Assembly (NCBI GenBank): GCA_050613775.1
Contig: JBODTK010000142.1
Span: forward strand, 186,001-250,000
DNA from: Neocallimastix sp. 'constans'
Taxonomy: Eukaryota
DNA: 64,000 bases
Reading direction: 5' to 3'
The notes beneath the pieces are model-generated. The model had not been told where the DNA came from, ran no database searches, and worked only from the letters and a program-made list of their open reading frames with translations. Positions within the stretch are counted from its first letter, which is position 1. Each line of letters opens with the position of its first letter. The position numbers and the translations under genes were made by a program. Shown here piece after piece: positions 40,227 through 55,805 of this stretch.

Positions 40227-41759
40227 TTTTTTTACAATCGAAAAGACTATTTAAATATCATTATTTTTTGGCGAAAAACAATTAATGGAAAATAATTAGT
40301 TGATAAATTTTTTTTATTTATAAAGTGATTTATAATTATCGTTTTTTGGCAAAAAAAAAAGTGATGGAAAAGTATTCTAGTAAGTTGTTTACGAAGTGAT
40401 TAAATACTTACTTAATATATAATAAATAGTTTTTATCATTATTTATTGTTATTAGAAAAAATAATAAATTTGTTACACCTACCTTCATTATTTTAATATT
40501 AGTACATAAAATGATGTGATATGATTCTTTTTATATCTTAATTTTTTTATTTTAATTTTTATTTTTTTCGTACTAATTGCTAGACATAACATAACCAATC
40601 CAATATATATTTAAAATAAAAAAAAAAAAAAAAGAAAAAGAATAGAGGATAAAAGATCAAAGAATCAGCCGTTTAAAACAAAATAATCCATGAATTATAC
40701 AAATTACCAACTATAAATATAAAATAAAATTTTAAAAAATATTTTTTTTTTTATTTATGTTTATATTAAAAATAAACATTAAATTATAATAAATATTTTT
40801 TATTTTATTTTATTTCATTTTATTATAATTTTTTTTATATTTTATAGTTTATTATTATTTAAAATTATATTTTATTTTATTTCATTTTTATATTTATTTT
40901 TTATATTTATTTTTAAATTTATAAATAAATAATTATATTGATTTTTTTTTTAAAAAAAAATAAAATTAAAAAGTTGTACTATTTAATTAAATATTTTCAA
41001 CTCATAATATTTATTTATAACATATATTTATATTGATTAATAAATATATTAACATATGTTTTTATATTTAATTCATTTCAATTTCAAATATACAATTTTT
41101 GTGTAATATTAAATACATTATTAAAAAGTTTTATTGGTAATTAAAAATAAAAACTTTAATTTTTTTCTTCTTTTTTTTTTTTTTTATTTTTCGTATGTAA
41201 AATAGAATATATAATAATTTATTGAATATAAATAAATATTTTTATTTTATTTTATTTTATATAATAACAAAAAGTTAATATAATATATAATAAAAATTCG
41301 GAATTATTATATATATAAGTCATATTGATTGTTTATTATTATATTGTATTATTAATTTATTTCATTAGAATATATTAAGAAATAATTGGTTGGTAAAAAC
41401 TAATAATAAAATAAATTAAATTAGTTTAAGTTCTATTGGTTTTATAACGTGAATTTTGTTACACAATAAGTTATTAAAATGATTAAAAATTATATTTAAT
41501 TTTTTTTATTACACTAACTTGTATTACAGAGATTTTCATTATTACTCATTAGGGATCCTTATTATTATTTACAAATATATTACAAGGGGAGTTTGAAATA
41601 TAAATATATATATACATATTATCATTTTATTTTATACTATTCACAATTGTAAAAAATTGTATTTTTAGATTATATAAATATTTAAATAGTTTTTTTTTTT
41701 TTATTTTATTTATATTATAAAATAATAATAGGAATAATAAATATAATAAATATAATAAT

Positions 41760-41975
41760 AATAATAAAAATAAAAATAAAAATAAAATACAAATACAAAT
41801 ACAAATAAAAATACAAATAAAAATACAAATAAAAATACAAATAAAAATAAAAATAAAAATAAAAATAAAGATAAAAATAAAAATAAAAATAAAAAAAAAA
41901 ATAAAAATAAAAATAAAGATAAAAATAAAAATAAAAATAAAAATAAAAATAAAAATAAAAATAAAAATAAAAATA
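41760..41975. repeat. (AAAAAT)n / (ACAAAT)n hexamer repeat
   Basis: Direct reading; it gives rise to the spurious IF-repeat ORF 41627..41980. Confidence 0.9.
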
Positions 41976-44900
41976 ATCATAATAATAAATAAAAATTAAA
42001 TAGTAATAATAATAATAATAGTAATAATAATAATAATAAATAAAAATTAAATAATAATAATAAATAAGAATTAATAATAATAAATATTTTTGTTAATCTA
42101 AGACCATTCCTAAATATGAAATATTATATATATGTATATATATTTTTTCTTTTTCGTAAATGAAAAATTATAAATGTTTATTGGATCATTTATCCTTAAA
42201 ACCGTACAGTTTAGAACAGAGGTGGATGTTGTATGCATTTTAAATTTCATTTTAATTTTATTTATGAATTGATTGTAAAAAGAATTTAGTTAATTATTTT
42301 TGTCTACAATATACTAATATAATTTATATATGAATATTTTATCTAAGTAAATTTTAATTTTTTTTATTTAAAGATTACTCAAGTTATTAAAAATTTTTTT
42401 TTAAAAAATATATAACATAGGAATGTCAAAATTTATTATAAAAATAATATAAATAGGGTTCACTTTTATTATTTTTATTTTATATTTTCAATTATTCCCA
42501 TCTTTTATTTATTTAACTATCAAATAATTTTTTGTTTTGTTTCGTATTGTTTTGCATACTAATATTATTAATAATATTATACTTTTTTTTTGTTATGAAA
42601 CAATAATTATTATAAAGTTTATTAATACATCAATAATACATAAAAAATAAATAATTATAAATAATAAATAGTATTGGAATAATGAATATTATATTTATTT
42701 AAAACTAAGCTTTATTATATATGAGAATCAATATAATTCTATGTATATATAAAAAAATAAAATGCTAAATATATATTATATAGATAAAATTTTTGCATGT
42801 TTATATATTAATTATTATGGTATAAAATATTAAATTTTAATTTTTTTTTCTACTTTTTAAAAAATAAAAAATAATAAAAAAAGAGGATATAATTTCATAA
42901 TTATCAATATAAAAAATTCTATCAACCTATTGACAACAGTCTATTGAAATCATAATTTAATTTTAATTTTTTTAGTAGTGTATATTAATTTATGATAATA
43001 GCCTTTATAGTTTTAATAAATCAAGTTATAGTAAAAAGGAAAAGAAAACTGAAAAAGAATCATTAATAATTCATTAAAATAATAGTATTGAGGGTTAAAA
43101 GGTCATATTAAAATTTATTTTTTTTATTGATAAGAGTTCTTTCAATGTTTAAAATATACGTATATATATAAATATGTAATGTAAATATTTTTTTATTCAT
43201 GTTTTTTTTAAATTCTTGTGGAAAAAAAAAATAAAATTTTTTTTTTGACTATTCAAAAATGTTAAAAGTATTTAATCTAAATATATTATTGTTAATATAA
43301 TTAATTAAAAAAACAATATACTATAAAATATATTCCAATAATGTTTATTTTAAAGTAGTACAAAGTGTTTTATGTATACGTTTTTAATTGAACTCAAACC
43401 ATTTTTAAATTAAAATAAAAAAAGTTTAAATCATTTTGATAAATGATTAGTATTTTTTGTTTATTTTAAATTCTATAATATTTTTTAATATACAATATAA
43501 TTAAATATTATATTCCAGTTATATAAACAATATATTATATATTATATTAATATTATATATTATAATATTAATCTAATATAAATGTAATTTTTTTGGTCTT
43601 CAAATTTTTTTTCTTATGTATTTTTTTACTTTTTATTTTTTTAAAAGTTTTTCTCAAATTTTTTAAACATTAATTTAAATAATAAATATTATACAATTAT
43701 AAATCAATAGAATAGATATAATAATATAATAACTTTTTATTAATTAATAAAGTTTATAAAAGTTTATTTTATAATAAATGAACTATTAAATGAAACCTTT
43801 TGATTTGAAATATAGAACATATTTTAATTATTTTAAATAAATTATATAGTGTTAAAATTTATTATAGAGAAACTAATTTAATATATATTATTATATATTT
43901 TTAAAAATTATTATTTTTTTTTTAAAAAAGGATATATTTATTTAATTTTAATATATAAAATATAATATATATTTATTAAAATTATAAATATTATATATTC
44001 ATTTAGTATTTATTATTATATATTAAATATTTAATATATAATATTTATTAATATATACAATATTTATTTATTATTTATTTAATTGCTTATAAATATACAT
44101 AAGGTATTTTTTTTTCTATTTTTTTTTTTACAAAATTCTTTGTTTTTTTTTTTTTCATTTTTTTTATTTATTTTATCTTTTTTCTTTTTTAATTTTTTTT
44201 TTCTTTGAAAAGTAAAAATAAATAAATGACTATTAAATTAGAAAAGAAATAAAAGAAAAAAAAATATTAAAAAAAAAAAGAAAAAAAAATTAAAATTTAA
44301 AAATAAATAAATAAAATAAAATACAATAAAATCTAATAAAATAAAATTTAAAAAAAGGCATATTTTAAATATAAAAGTAATAATAATAAATCAGAATTAA
44401 ATAAGATATTATTTATTTTAGAAGAAAAATATTTGTATAAAATAATATATTTATTTCATATAAATTGTTTTATATTTCATTTTATTATATATATTTTAAA
44501 GCAATTATTTTTTAAGTATAAATATTAAGAAGATAACAGAAATTAGTTTTTTAAAATGAAAATTTTGATAATATTGTTTTTAATTAAATAGATAATATTT
44601 TATAAGTATTTATTTTTTTTTTTTAGAAATAGCCGTTATCTTAAATTTTCTTTTTATTTGTTATATATTTCTTTTATCTTCTTTAATATTTTTTATACAA
44701 AAAAATAAAATAATTGTTATTAATATAAAAATAATAAACCAAAAAAAAAAAGAAAATATAAAGCAAAATAATTTTTAATCATATAATAAAAACGAACGCA
44801 TAAATTATAGAACATAACCAATAAATATATTTGTTTAAATTAAACGAAATTAAATTCAATTATTTTTATATAAAAAATAAAGAAACAAATCAAAACAAAA

Positions 44901-45545
44901 ATATCATAAAAAAAGATAGTTCTTTTATGAAAAAATTATAAAGCAATTAAAAAAGCATTTGAAAAGCAAATAGTATAAGCTGCAATAAATAAATATAATT
45001 TTTATTTATTTTAAATTATAAAATTATATTAAAACCAAAATAGTAATTTATAGTATTTGAAATATTTTTTGAGTAGAAGTAAATAATCATATTTTTTATT
45101 TTAATAAAAATTTGATTATATTTATTAAAAGAATATTTCAGTATCACTTTTTATTTTTGTATTATTTTTCAATAAAAAAGGAAAAAGTTTAACTTTATTT
45201 TTTTAATATATATAATATAAAACAAAGTGAATTAATCAGTTTTTTAAATAAAATTGAATACCAAGGATAAAAAATAAAAGAAATATTTTATTAAAATATT
45301 TTTAATAAATATTCTGGAAAATATTATTACAAAATTTTTATATATTATGAAAGTATTATAAAAGAAAGATTAACAAAAATTTAATTTTCATATTTTATGT
45401 AAGTATTATAAAAAAATAAAAGTTTAATGTAATTTTAAGTAAGATATTTAGTAATAAATATATTAATTAAAATTTTTTATTGAAATATATAATTAATTGT
45501 ATATATGTTTTTTTTATATGAATTGTAGTAATACACATGTAGAAA

Positions 45546-47078
45546 ATGTTAAAATCATATTTAAAAATATTAATAATAGTCTTATTAATTTTAAATATAT
45601 TTGAAGTTACAGCTAAAACTAAAGTTGAGGCTGAAAAAGAAAATAGTAATAAAATTATACAAAAAAGTAGTAATCAAAATATAGAAAAAAATAGTAATCA
45701 AACTATAGAAGAAATTAGTAATCAAACTACAAAAGAAAATAGTCATCAATTTAATAATACTAATAGTACTAATCTTGAATCTATTGAAACTGGAGGAAAT
45801 AATAAAGAGGTTTATGAAGGAAATGGATATAATCCAAATGTTCCTGTGTTAGGAAATTTAGAAGGAGAGATATTCCAAAAAGAAGTTAGTAATTCAAAAG
45901 TAAAAACTAATGTCATAGTAAGAACAAATGTGTACGAGAAAGACAAAACTACAAAAGTAGAAACAAGAACTACCAGTACATCCAAAGCTACAAGTGAACC
46001 AGGTAAAGAAGATAAACATGAAACAAGAACAAAATCTGTTGAAGTAGATGAAAGCAAATCAAGTCAAATTGTTGCTCAACCAACATTCTTACCATCAGAA
46101 ACTAGAAACTTTGAAAGCAAGCCTACAAATGTAGAGTATAATGTAGGAGGTGAAAAAGATTCTATGAGTGATATGTCATCTGATGATAATTCCAGTGTTT
46201 TATTTAAGACCATTACATATGGTAGTGTTCTTGTTGGAGTAGTTGGTTTGATTGCAGTATCAGGCTATAGAGTAGTTAAAAGAAAGGCAGAAGGAAAGAA
46301 TTTAAAATCTGAGGAATTTTATAGTTCGTCATTTAATTATACCATTGACAGTATGAATCCAAGTTCACTTTCAGAAATGAGTAGTAAAAATAGGTCTTCT
46401 TTAGTGAATTCTTTAATTTATGAAAATGATAATTCGAATGAAGAATATATGTATTATATGGGTAAAAATATTCCATATGCTACGGGGGTAATACAGGATA
46501 AAGATATAAATGAAATTGAAAACGAACAACAGACAAATATAATTTTAAATATGTATGATAGTTATTTACCATATCAAGCTCCTATACAAAATGAAGAAAA
46601 GAGGAAATCACGTAGATCTGTTATCTCAGTTAGTAGAAGTTCAATTACATCAATAACATCTATTAGTAAAAATTCAGTTGTTCGTCATAGTTTCCTTAAT
46701 CCAAATATCCATATAGTAAGAACTAGTAAGCGTACACAACAATTATTTGAAGCTACTGAAGAACATCCTGCAATTATTGAAACCTTCCCATCACTTGAAA
46801 GACCATTTGTACCAGCAGTTCCAGTTCCGTTGGAAGAAAGTGATGTAAATAGTCTTCATCCACATTCAATATATCAAATGTATCAAGATGAAATGGAATT
46901 TGAAAATTATTATGCTTATACAATTGATAATAAGGAATATATTATTGATCCTACTACTAATCGTGTATTAGAAATTCATAATTTAGATACAGATGATTAT
47001 ATGTTAGTAGAGGAAGAATTATATTTAGATTTTAGTGGATCGTCTTCAGAAGATTCTGATTCTGAAAAACAAACATAA
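45546..47078 (+). CDS. Uncharacterised type I single-pass membrane protein, 510 aa
   Basis: Hydrophobic N-terminal signal (ILIIVLLILNIFEVTA); S/T/E/N-rich ectodomain with short repeats; TM segment (ITYGSVLVGVVGLIAVSGY) followed by the basic stop-transfer RVVKRK; Ser-rich acidic cytoplasmic tail; host-like A/T-ending codons. Confidence 0.8.
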   Translation: MLKSYLKILIIVLLILNIFEVTAKTKVEAEKENSNKIIQKSSNQNIEKNSNQTIEEISNQTTKENSHQFNNTNSTNLESIETGGNNKEVYEGNGYNPNVPVLGNLEGEIFQKEVSNSKVKTNVIVRTNVYEKDKTTKVETRTTSTSKATSEPGKEDKHETRTKSVEVDESKSSQIVAQPTFLPSETRNFESKPTNVEYNVGGEKDSMSDMSSDDNSSVLFKTITYGSVLVGVVGLIAVSGYRVVKRKAEGKNLKSEEFYSSSFNYTIDSMNPSSLSEMSSKNRSSLVNSLIYENDNSNEEYMYYMGKNIPYATGVIQDKDINEIENEQQTNIILNMYDSYLPYQAPIQNEEKRKSRRSVISVSRSSITSITSISKNSVVRHSFLNPNIHIVRTSKRTQQLFEATEEHPAIIETFPSLERPFVPAVPVPLEESDVNSLHPHSIYQMYQDEMEFENYYAYTIDNKEYIIDPTTNRVLEIHNLDTDDYMLVEEELYLDFSGSSSEDSDSEKQT

Positions 47079-47408
47079 CTTTGGTGAATTTGTTTTTTTA
47101 ATATTAAGCAAATAAAAAAGAATTTATTATTATTTTTTTTTTGTATTGTTTTGTTTAAATATTAATTTTGTAGTTCATTTTTTAAAGTAAAAATTTTTAT
47201 TTTATTAATATTCTTCCCGTTTTAAAACTTTTTTTTTTTTTTTTATTATTATATAAATTTATTTCCCAAAATTCCTTTTTACGAATTGATTAAAATTATA
47301 CATATATTAATTATATATAATATAAATATTATATGTATAATAATAAGAAGTAATTTTTATTTTTTCATTTATTTGATATAATATGTTAAAATAAAATAAG
47401 AGATAAAG

Positions 47409-47444
<36 letters not shown>

Positions 47445-47717
47445 AAAGTATTTATTTATTATTCACTTTTCTTTTTTTTTTTTTTTTTATTTATTTATTA
47501 AAAATGAAGGTAGTTGTAAAATATTTTACATTGATTTATTATTTAGTTAATAAATAATTATATGATAGGAAGTTAATAAATCAAATTAACTAAAAAAAAA
47601 AAAAAACTTTAACCGGGAAGGAAAAAAAAAAAAAAATAAGAATATGTAAAAATAAAATTTAAAAAATAAAAAAAAGAAAATTATAATAAATAAAAAAAGT
47701 TATACTTTTAAGATGCT

Positions 47718-47840
<123 letters not shown>

Positions 47841-48049
47841 ATTTTTAATGAAATAATAATTTTTTTATTTTTATTTTTGTGAGCGGGTGTTAAGATCAAT
47901 TTTAATGTGACTCTTATATTTTATTTTTTATTTATTTTATGCGTACTATCCTATTCATTAACTACTTGAATTTTTTTTTTTTCTTTTATTTTATTTTTAC
48001 AATAATAATTTGTTATTAATATAATTTAGTTTTTATTTTGATATCTTGA

Positions 48050-49156
48050 AATACGTAGTGGTCTGAAATGTTTTGGTCTTGAACATGAAAAAATTGTTTT
48101 AATTTTTATTCATGACCTTGAATCTTGGACTAAAAGTAGAATATAGGAATTCTTATGTAAAATAAAAAAAAATATCTAATATCAAATTATAATGAAATAA
48201 TTATTCATGGATTTGTTTAAAAAAACATTATAATAATATGGAAAAACTATTTCATAGCAAGAGTTAACTACAATAATAAAAATGAATTATTTGAAGGTTA
48301 TTTATATAATTATTAAACACTTATCTGTTAAAGGAATAAATCGGAAGATTACTTCAAGGATTCGAACATTTAACTGTATAAATTATGATGGAACCAGACG
48401 TTATTCTGAATTCACTATTTCTATCTCTGATAATCTTCATTATGCTAAGTTCTTCTCGAATACTCAATATTTTAACCTCTGGTATTAATTGGAATATTAA
48501 TAGTTAGAACTCTAAAAATAAGAGTGATGGACTTACCTATTTTAATTCAATTTTTAAATCCTATTTATATTTGTTTTTAAAGAAGTTGGTAATTCTTGAA
48601 AAAATTCTTTATACCTAATTCCTGTCTATTTCTCAATCATAATAAAAAAGTGCTGAGATGGGCAGATATGAAAATCCCTGGTATGCATTACCTTTTTATT
48701 GATATTCACAATCCTTGCCAATTCATTAATGATAATTTAGAATATAGATATACGCTCTCAGTAAATATTGTTTCCTTTTAGGGTGTGTTAGATGTTCATT
48801 AGGCAACATTTACATCTCCAGTAAAAAAACATAAAAGACTCTAGAGATAAAAAGAGAAAATTAATTTTGGTATTTGGTTCATAGAATCGCCAGAATAACT
48901 CTTCTGTTATCGTTGATGATTTCAACATGATTAAACAGCAACTTATAGATCTTATTTCTTAGAATTTCTCCTCAATGATTTGTTATGGATAATGGTTGGT
49001 CACTAGTTTACTGGGTCTAATGGTGGGAAGAAATTCTTATATTGACTTTATAGTTGTTAACGATTAATTGATTAATTAAGAGATTATTTAAATATATTCC
49101 TTCTGTGTACAACTTATTTTTAATGACATCCCCGATCACTTACCCTTTATTCTTTT

Positions 49157-49192
<36 letters not shown>

Positions 49193-49540
49193 CTAATGGT
49201 TTTACTACGCCAATTTCTAATATGAAGATTAATGATTAAATGGTGTAGTCGAATTTGTAGGTTAAAAAGTGGAAAGAGTCTTTTTGTATTATTTCTTTCT
49301 TGGTCAATAAAAAAAATATAAGAACTTTTTCACATTATTCATAGCCTAAAAAAGCACGCGGATTATCAATGCATAAACACAATAATAAACTTTCTGAAAA
49401 GAAATTCAAAAAGTTTTACTGGGAAAAAAGTTCATATATATACAAGTATTCATATGATTACGATTAGATCAATTAAATACAAGAAGCTTAAATTGTTGTT
49501 GTAAAAAAAGATTATTCAATGTCTATCACTAAAATATGTA

Positions 49541-49580
<40 letters not shown>

Positions 49581-50230
49581 TTTTTGAATTGGACAAATTA
49601 AATGTGGATTCAAAAATTTGATGTGAAACCTTTTATAAAAAGTAAATTGGTATTAGATGATTGCTCAACATGCTGTCTTCATTATGGTGAAAGTAACAGC
49701 ATACTCAGTTATAAACATTGGATACTTTTATGTCCTAAATTTGAATAATTTAGACAAAAATACATTCAATTTATTGATGAAAATTTCATTAATTTATTTT
49801 TCTGATGATTAATGAAAAATCATTGAACATTTCTAATGATAAAGAGGAAGATTTTGATGATAATATTAATTTTTATTTACTATGTCTCCTTCTTGGTAGA
49901 AATGCAGTTATATAAAATCTTAAAAATTGGATCAGAGGAAAGAAGTTTTTTTTTTTTTTTAATAATATCTTTCAGTTACCTTTCGAAAGAGTCTTCTTTC
50001 CGCGATATCAATTTTTTGTAAGGTCTTGCCGAATTATTTACTAATATTATGCCTTATGTGATTAGAAACTTTGATTTTTCTTTTTTACACTATGATCAAT
50101 TTGTATACTATTAGACCTACCAATGTCAAGAATGTTGACATCGAAATGAATAAGGGAAAAAGGAAATTCTGATACAGATTTGAATGATAATTTTTTATCT
50201 ACATGGAGTTATCATTAATGAATTGGAATA
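48050..50230 (+). mobile_element. Decayed non-LTR (LINE) retrotransposon: APE endonuclease and C-terminal Cys/His knuckle, RT region apparently deleted
   Basis: GINWNINS (about 48481), VIVDDFNM (GDFN, about 48906), SYIDFIVVN (about 49035), DIPDH (SDH, about 49124) and CSTCCLHYGESNSILSYKHWILLCPKF (about 49662-49742). Boundaries are approximate. Confidence 0.75.
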
Positions 50231-50478
50231 ATTAAAGTCCATTTCGTTCTCGAAATTCATAATGTAATTTTTTTAATATTAATGTAAATAAAAAAAATTT
50301 ATATAGTTTATTTTCATGTTTTTTTTTTTTTTTAATGATAATTTTTTATCTACATGGAGTTATCATTAATGAATTGGAAGAATTAAAGTCCATTTCGTTC
50401 TCGAAATTCATAATGTAATTTTTTTAATATTAATGTAAATAAAAAAAATTTATAGTTTATTTTCATGTTTTTTTTTTT
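50184..50478 (+). repeat. About 150-bp tandem duplication
   Basis: AATGATAATTTTTTATCTACATGGAGTTATCATTAATGAATTGGAA...TTTTCATGTTTT occurs at about 50184 and again at about 50334, near-identical. Confidence 0.9.
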
Positions 50479-51102
50479 TAAATAAATATAATTAAATAAA
50501 GTTTTTTTTAGTCTAGAAAAAAAAAAGTTAAGATATAGGTGTTAAATTTAAACCTTCAATAAGTAAAAAATAGTGGTTTTATTTATTCGTACAGGTGTTT
50601 TGCTTGCAATTAGAAATGAACGCTTTCATTTATTCCTATAGGTATTGTACTGTCTTTAAGCCCTGTAGTCCAAATATTTATTAATAAAAAAATTTTTTTT
50701 TATTCAAATATAATACATTAAATACACTAAATTTGTTTATAGATTTAATCAGATTTTACTTTTTTAAGAAATGGATTTAAAAGTATAATACTACTACAAT
50801 TGCCATATCAAAGGTGGCAAGAATTAACTGAAAATTGTCCCAAAATGATCTTGTAATAAAAAGAGGATCAATTATTTTTTTTTTATACATTGAATAATCG
50901 AATGTTTCTTTTTCTTCTTTTTTTTTTTTTAAATTATTTTTTTTAATGTATTTATTTCTTCTGGAAGTAAAAAAAAAAAAAAATAAGAAAATTACTTTTA
51001 TTTTCTTTCTATTTATTAACTTTAAATTATAAAAATATAAATTAATGTTATATATATTAATTCTTAATTATAAGCTTTTGGTGTGTTAACTTTTCTTATA
51101 AT

Positions 51103-51304
<202 letters not shown>

Positions 51305-51489
51305 AGTTCAAATAAAATCAGAATCAAAATATATATATATATATATATATATAATACATATATAAATATTAAAGTATTTGTAACTATTATAATTATCTAT
51401 ATTTAATTTTTTTTATAAAACTTATAAACTAACTATTAAATGAAATCAAGAAAAGAATGAAATATATATATATATATATATATATATTA

Positions 51490-52025
51490 TTCAATTGTAA
51501 TAACTATCTCGGAATTTCATTAATTAATGTAGGTTTAAAAGTTATTTCAAAGGCAATAACTGATAGCATCTCTAAATATACATTTGAGAACAAATTTATT
51601 AGATCAGATCAGTTTTGTTTTTTAATATTAATGAAAAATGTATTACTCTCTATATTTCTATTGGAGAAATCTATCTAAAATGAAAATTTAATAATGTGTT
51701 TACATATATAGCCTTTTTTGGATCATAAAAAAGGCTTATGATTCAGTACTCTTTTTGCATTTTATTTTATTTTTTATTTTTTTTATTTTTTTTTTTTAAG
51801 AAACATTTTAACTAAAATTATTTCATCTCGGTATTCATGGTAAAAGTTTTATTTCCTCTTGATCTTTATTCATCCTCTAAAACTAGTGTTCGTTTTCCTT
51901 ATTTACTTTCAGATGAGTTTAATATTCGTTATGGAAGAGTTTTCCTCCCCTTTCTCCTATTTTATTTAATAATATTTATTAATGATGGTTTAGATAACTG
52001 TGATAAATATGGTGTCAGTCACCGA
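51490..52025 (+). mobile_element. Non-LTR retrotransposon reverse transcriptase fragment (pseudogene)
   Basis: NCNNYLGISLINVGLKVISKAI...IRSDQFCF (NYRPISL / QxGF), YIAFLDHKK.AYDSV, SDEFNIRYG, PLSPILF and IFIND, broken by frameshifts. Confidence 0.85.
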
Positions 52026-52140
52026 TAATAAAAAAAAAAAAAAAAAGGAAAATCTTATAAAAAAAAAAGGAAAATCTTATAATAAATAAAAATAAAAATA
52101 AAAATAAAAATAAAAATAAAAATGAAAAAGAAAAGAAATT

Positions 52141-52292
52141 ATTGTCCCTGCTGGACAACCTTACTGAATGTTAAGCATTGGCGTTCTGACATGCATATTA
52201 TTACTGAGAATTTTTTAGAATGCTTTTATTCGGAATGCTTCTCTAGTTCCTAATTTCCTTTTGAAGTGAGACTAATATAACCTAAACCAATG
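52141..52292 (-). mobile_element. Partial second copy of the 3' region of the SINE-like element at 33085-33615
   Basis: The reverse complement aligns with about 33425-33590, including an exact 25-nt match TAATATGCATGTCAGAACGCCAATG (33535-33559 vs 52176-52200). Confidence 0.85.
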
Positions 52293-53720
<1,428 letters not shown>

Positions 53721-53801
53721 TATAGGTAATAAAAATATTAGAAATAAGTTAAAATGATGAATGTACATAATTTATAAAATCATTTAAATATTTTCTTCTA
53801 T

Positions 53802-53837
<36 letters not shown>

Positions 53838-54145
53838 TCAAGTGGCTTATCCTAATTTATAGTTTATAATCTTGAATAAATTTAAAAATGTAAAATATAA
53901 ATTTTGGCGCAGCAATTCTATAATTTATTATTTTAATTAATTAATTATGAAATATTAATATTAATAAAAAATAAAATTAATCTTAATTAATTAATTATCT
54001 AATAATTAATTTATATTTTATTATAATTAAAAAATATAAGAATATTAATATTAAATGAAATAATAATAAAAATAAAAATAACTATTTAAAAAAAAAAAGT
54101 ATTATACATTTATATTTTATTAAATTATTTAATCAATTTCGTTTA

Positions 54146-54176
<31 letters not shown>

Positions 54177-54208
54177 TTTTAATTCTTTTTTTATTTCTTT
54201 TCTGAAAA

Positions 54209-54584
54209 ATGTCTTCCGCTACTGATAACGAAAAATTAAATACTACTGTTATTGATCTTGCTGAACTTCCATTGGAACAACTTCAGGCTGTCAGACAACA
54301 AATTGAAGAGGTATAAAATGTTTTATTAAACTTTTTAAAATGATTATAATAGATTTCATTATTATATATATATATTTATATATACGTAATTATTATCATT
54401 CCTATGGTTTTCATCAATTATATTATTACTATCAGAATTAATACATATAAATTAAAATACTGGTTATAAATTATATCATATATTCGTAGTATATAATGTA
54501 TATTCATTTTTATTGAAAAACTTTAATCATAAATTGTTATTTTTATTTTATTTTATTTTTTTTATTTTTTTTTATTTTTTATTT

Positions 54585-54642
<58 letters not shown>

Positions 54643-55107
54643 TAAAACAAGCAAACAAACAAATAAATAAATCATTTATGAAGTAAACTATTATTTTTTT
54701 AATTTATTATTTAATGATATGTAATATAAATATTAATATTTTGAATTTAAAAATTTCTTTAATTAAACTAAATTCTATTAAATAACCTATATTAATTTTA
54801 ATAATTAAATTCATATACTTTATTTAAAATTAGTTTTATTAATAATTTAGTATTATTTATTAATTTCTTGTTAATTTAACTTATATTCAATAACAAAAGA
54901 CATATATTTAAATTTAGATATGAATTTCAATATCATTATTTTATTCATTATCATATTATATTAATAAAATATTCAAATAATATTAATAAAAATCATTTGA
55001 ATATATATATATATATATTTTTTTTTATTTTTATTTTTTACTAATAATATGTTTCTTTTTACCTTGCACACACACATATATATATACATTTTATCTTTAT
55101 AATAATG

Positions 55108-55144
<37 letters not shown>

Positions 55145-55757
55145 TTAGGAAATTCAACATTTAACTGAGTCTTATTCCGCCTTAAAATTAGCTCAAACAA
55201 AGTTCAATACTAACATTGATTGTATTAACACTGTAAAAAAGTTAGAAGATGGTAAATAATTTATAATTAAATTTTAACAAGTAAAAATATATGGATATAT
55301 ATTATTTTTATTAATATTTTTGGAAATAAAAATCAAAAATTCTATTAGATATTAATAAATAAAAGTTACAATTGTAATTAAAATTAATTTATTTTTTTTT
55401 ATTAATTTTTAAAAAATAGGTGATAATATTCTTGTTCCACTCACTGTTTCTATATCCTTTTTATATATAAAATTGAATATAAAATACACACACACATATA
55501 TATATATATTATTTTTAATTTAAAAAAAAAAAAAAAAAAAAAAGTAATAAATTAAGATATTTTTTTAATATAATGAACAATTACCTTAACTTTTATTTTA
55601 TTTTTTATTTTTTATTTTTTTCAATTTGAATGCTCTTACTTATATGTTCCAGGTCAATTAGTAAACAAAGATAAATTAATCGTTGATGTTGGTACTGGTT
55701 ACTATGTTGAAAAGGTAATAATAATAAAGTATAAAAAAAATAAAAAATGTATTTTCA

Positions 55758-55805
<48 letters not shown>

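Noticed and set aside
53902..53912. TTTTGGCGC as an E2F-like site upstream of PFDN5
   Set aside because: A single short motif is too little to support a call.
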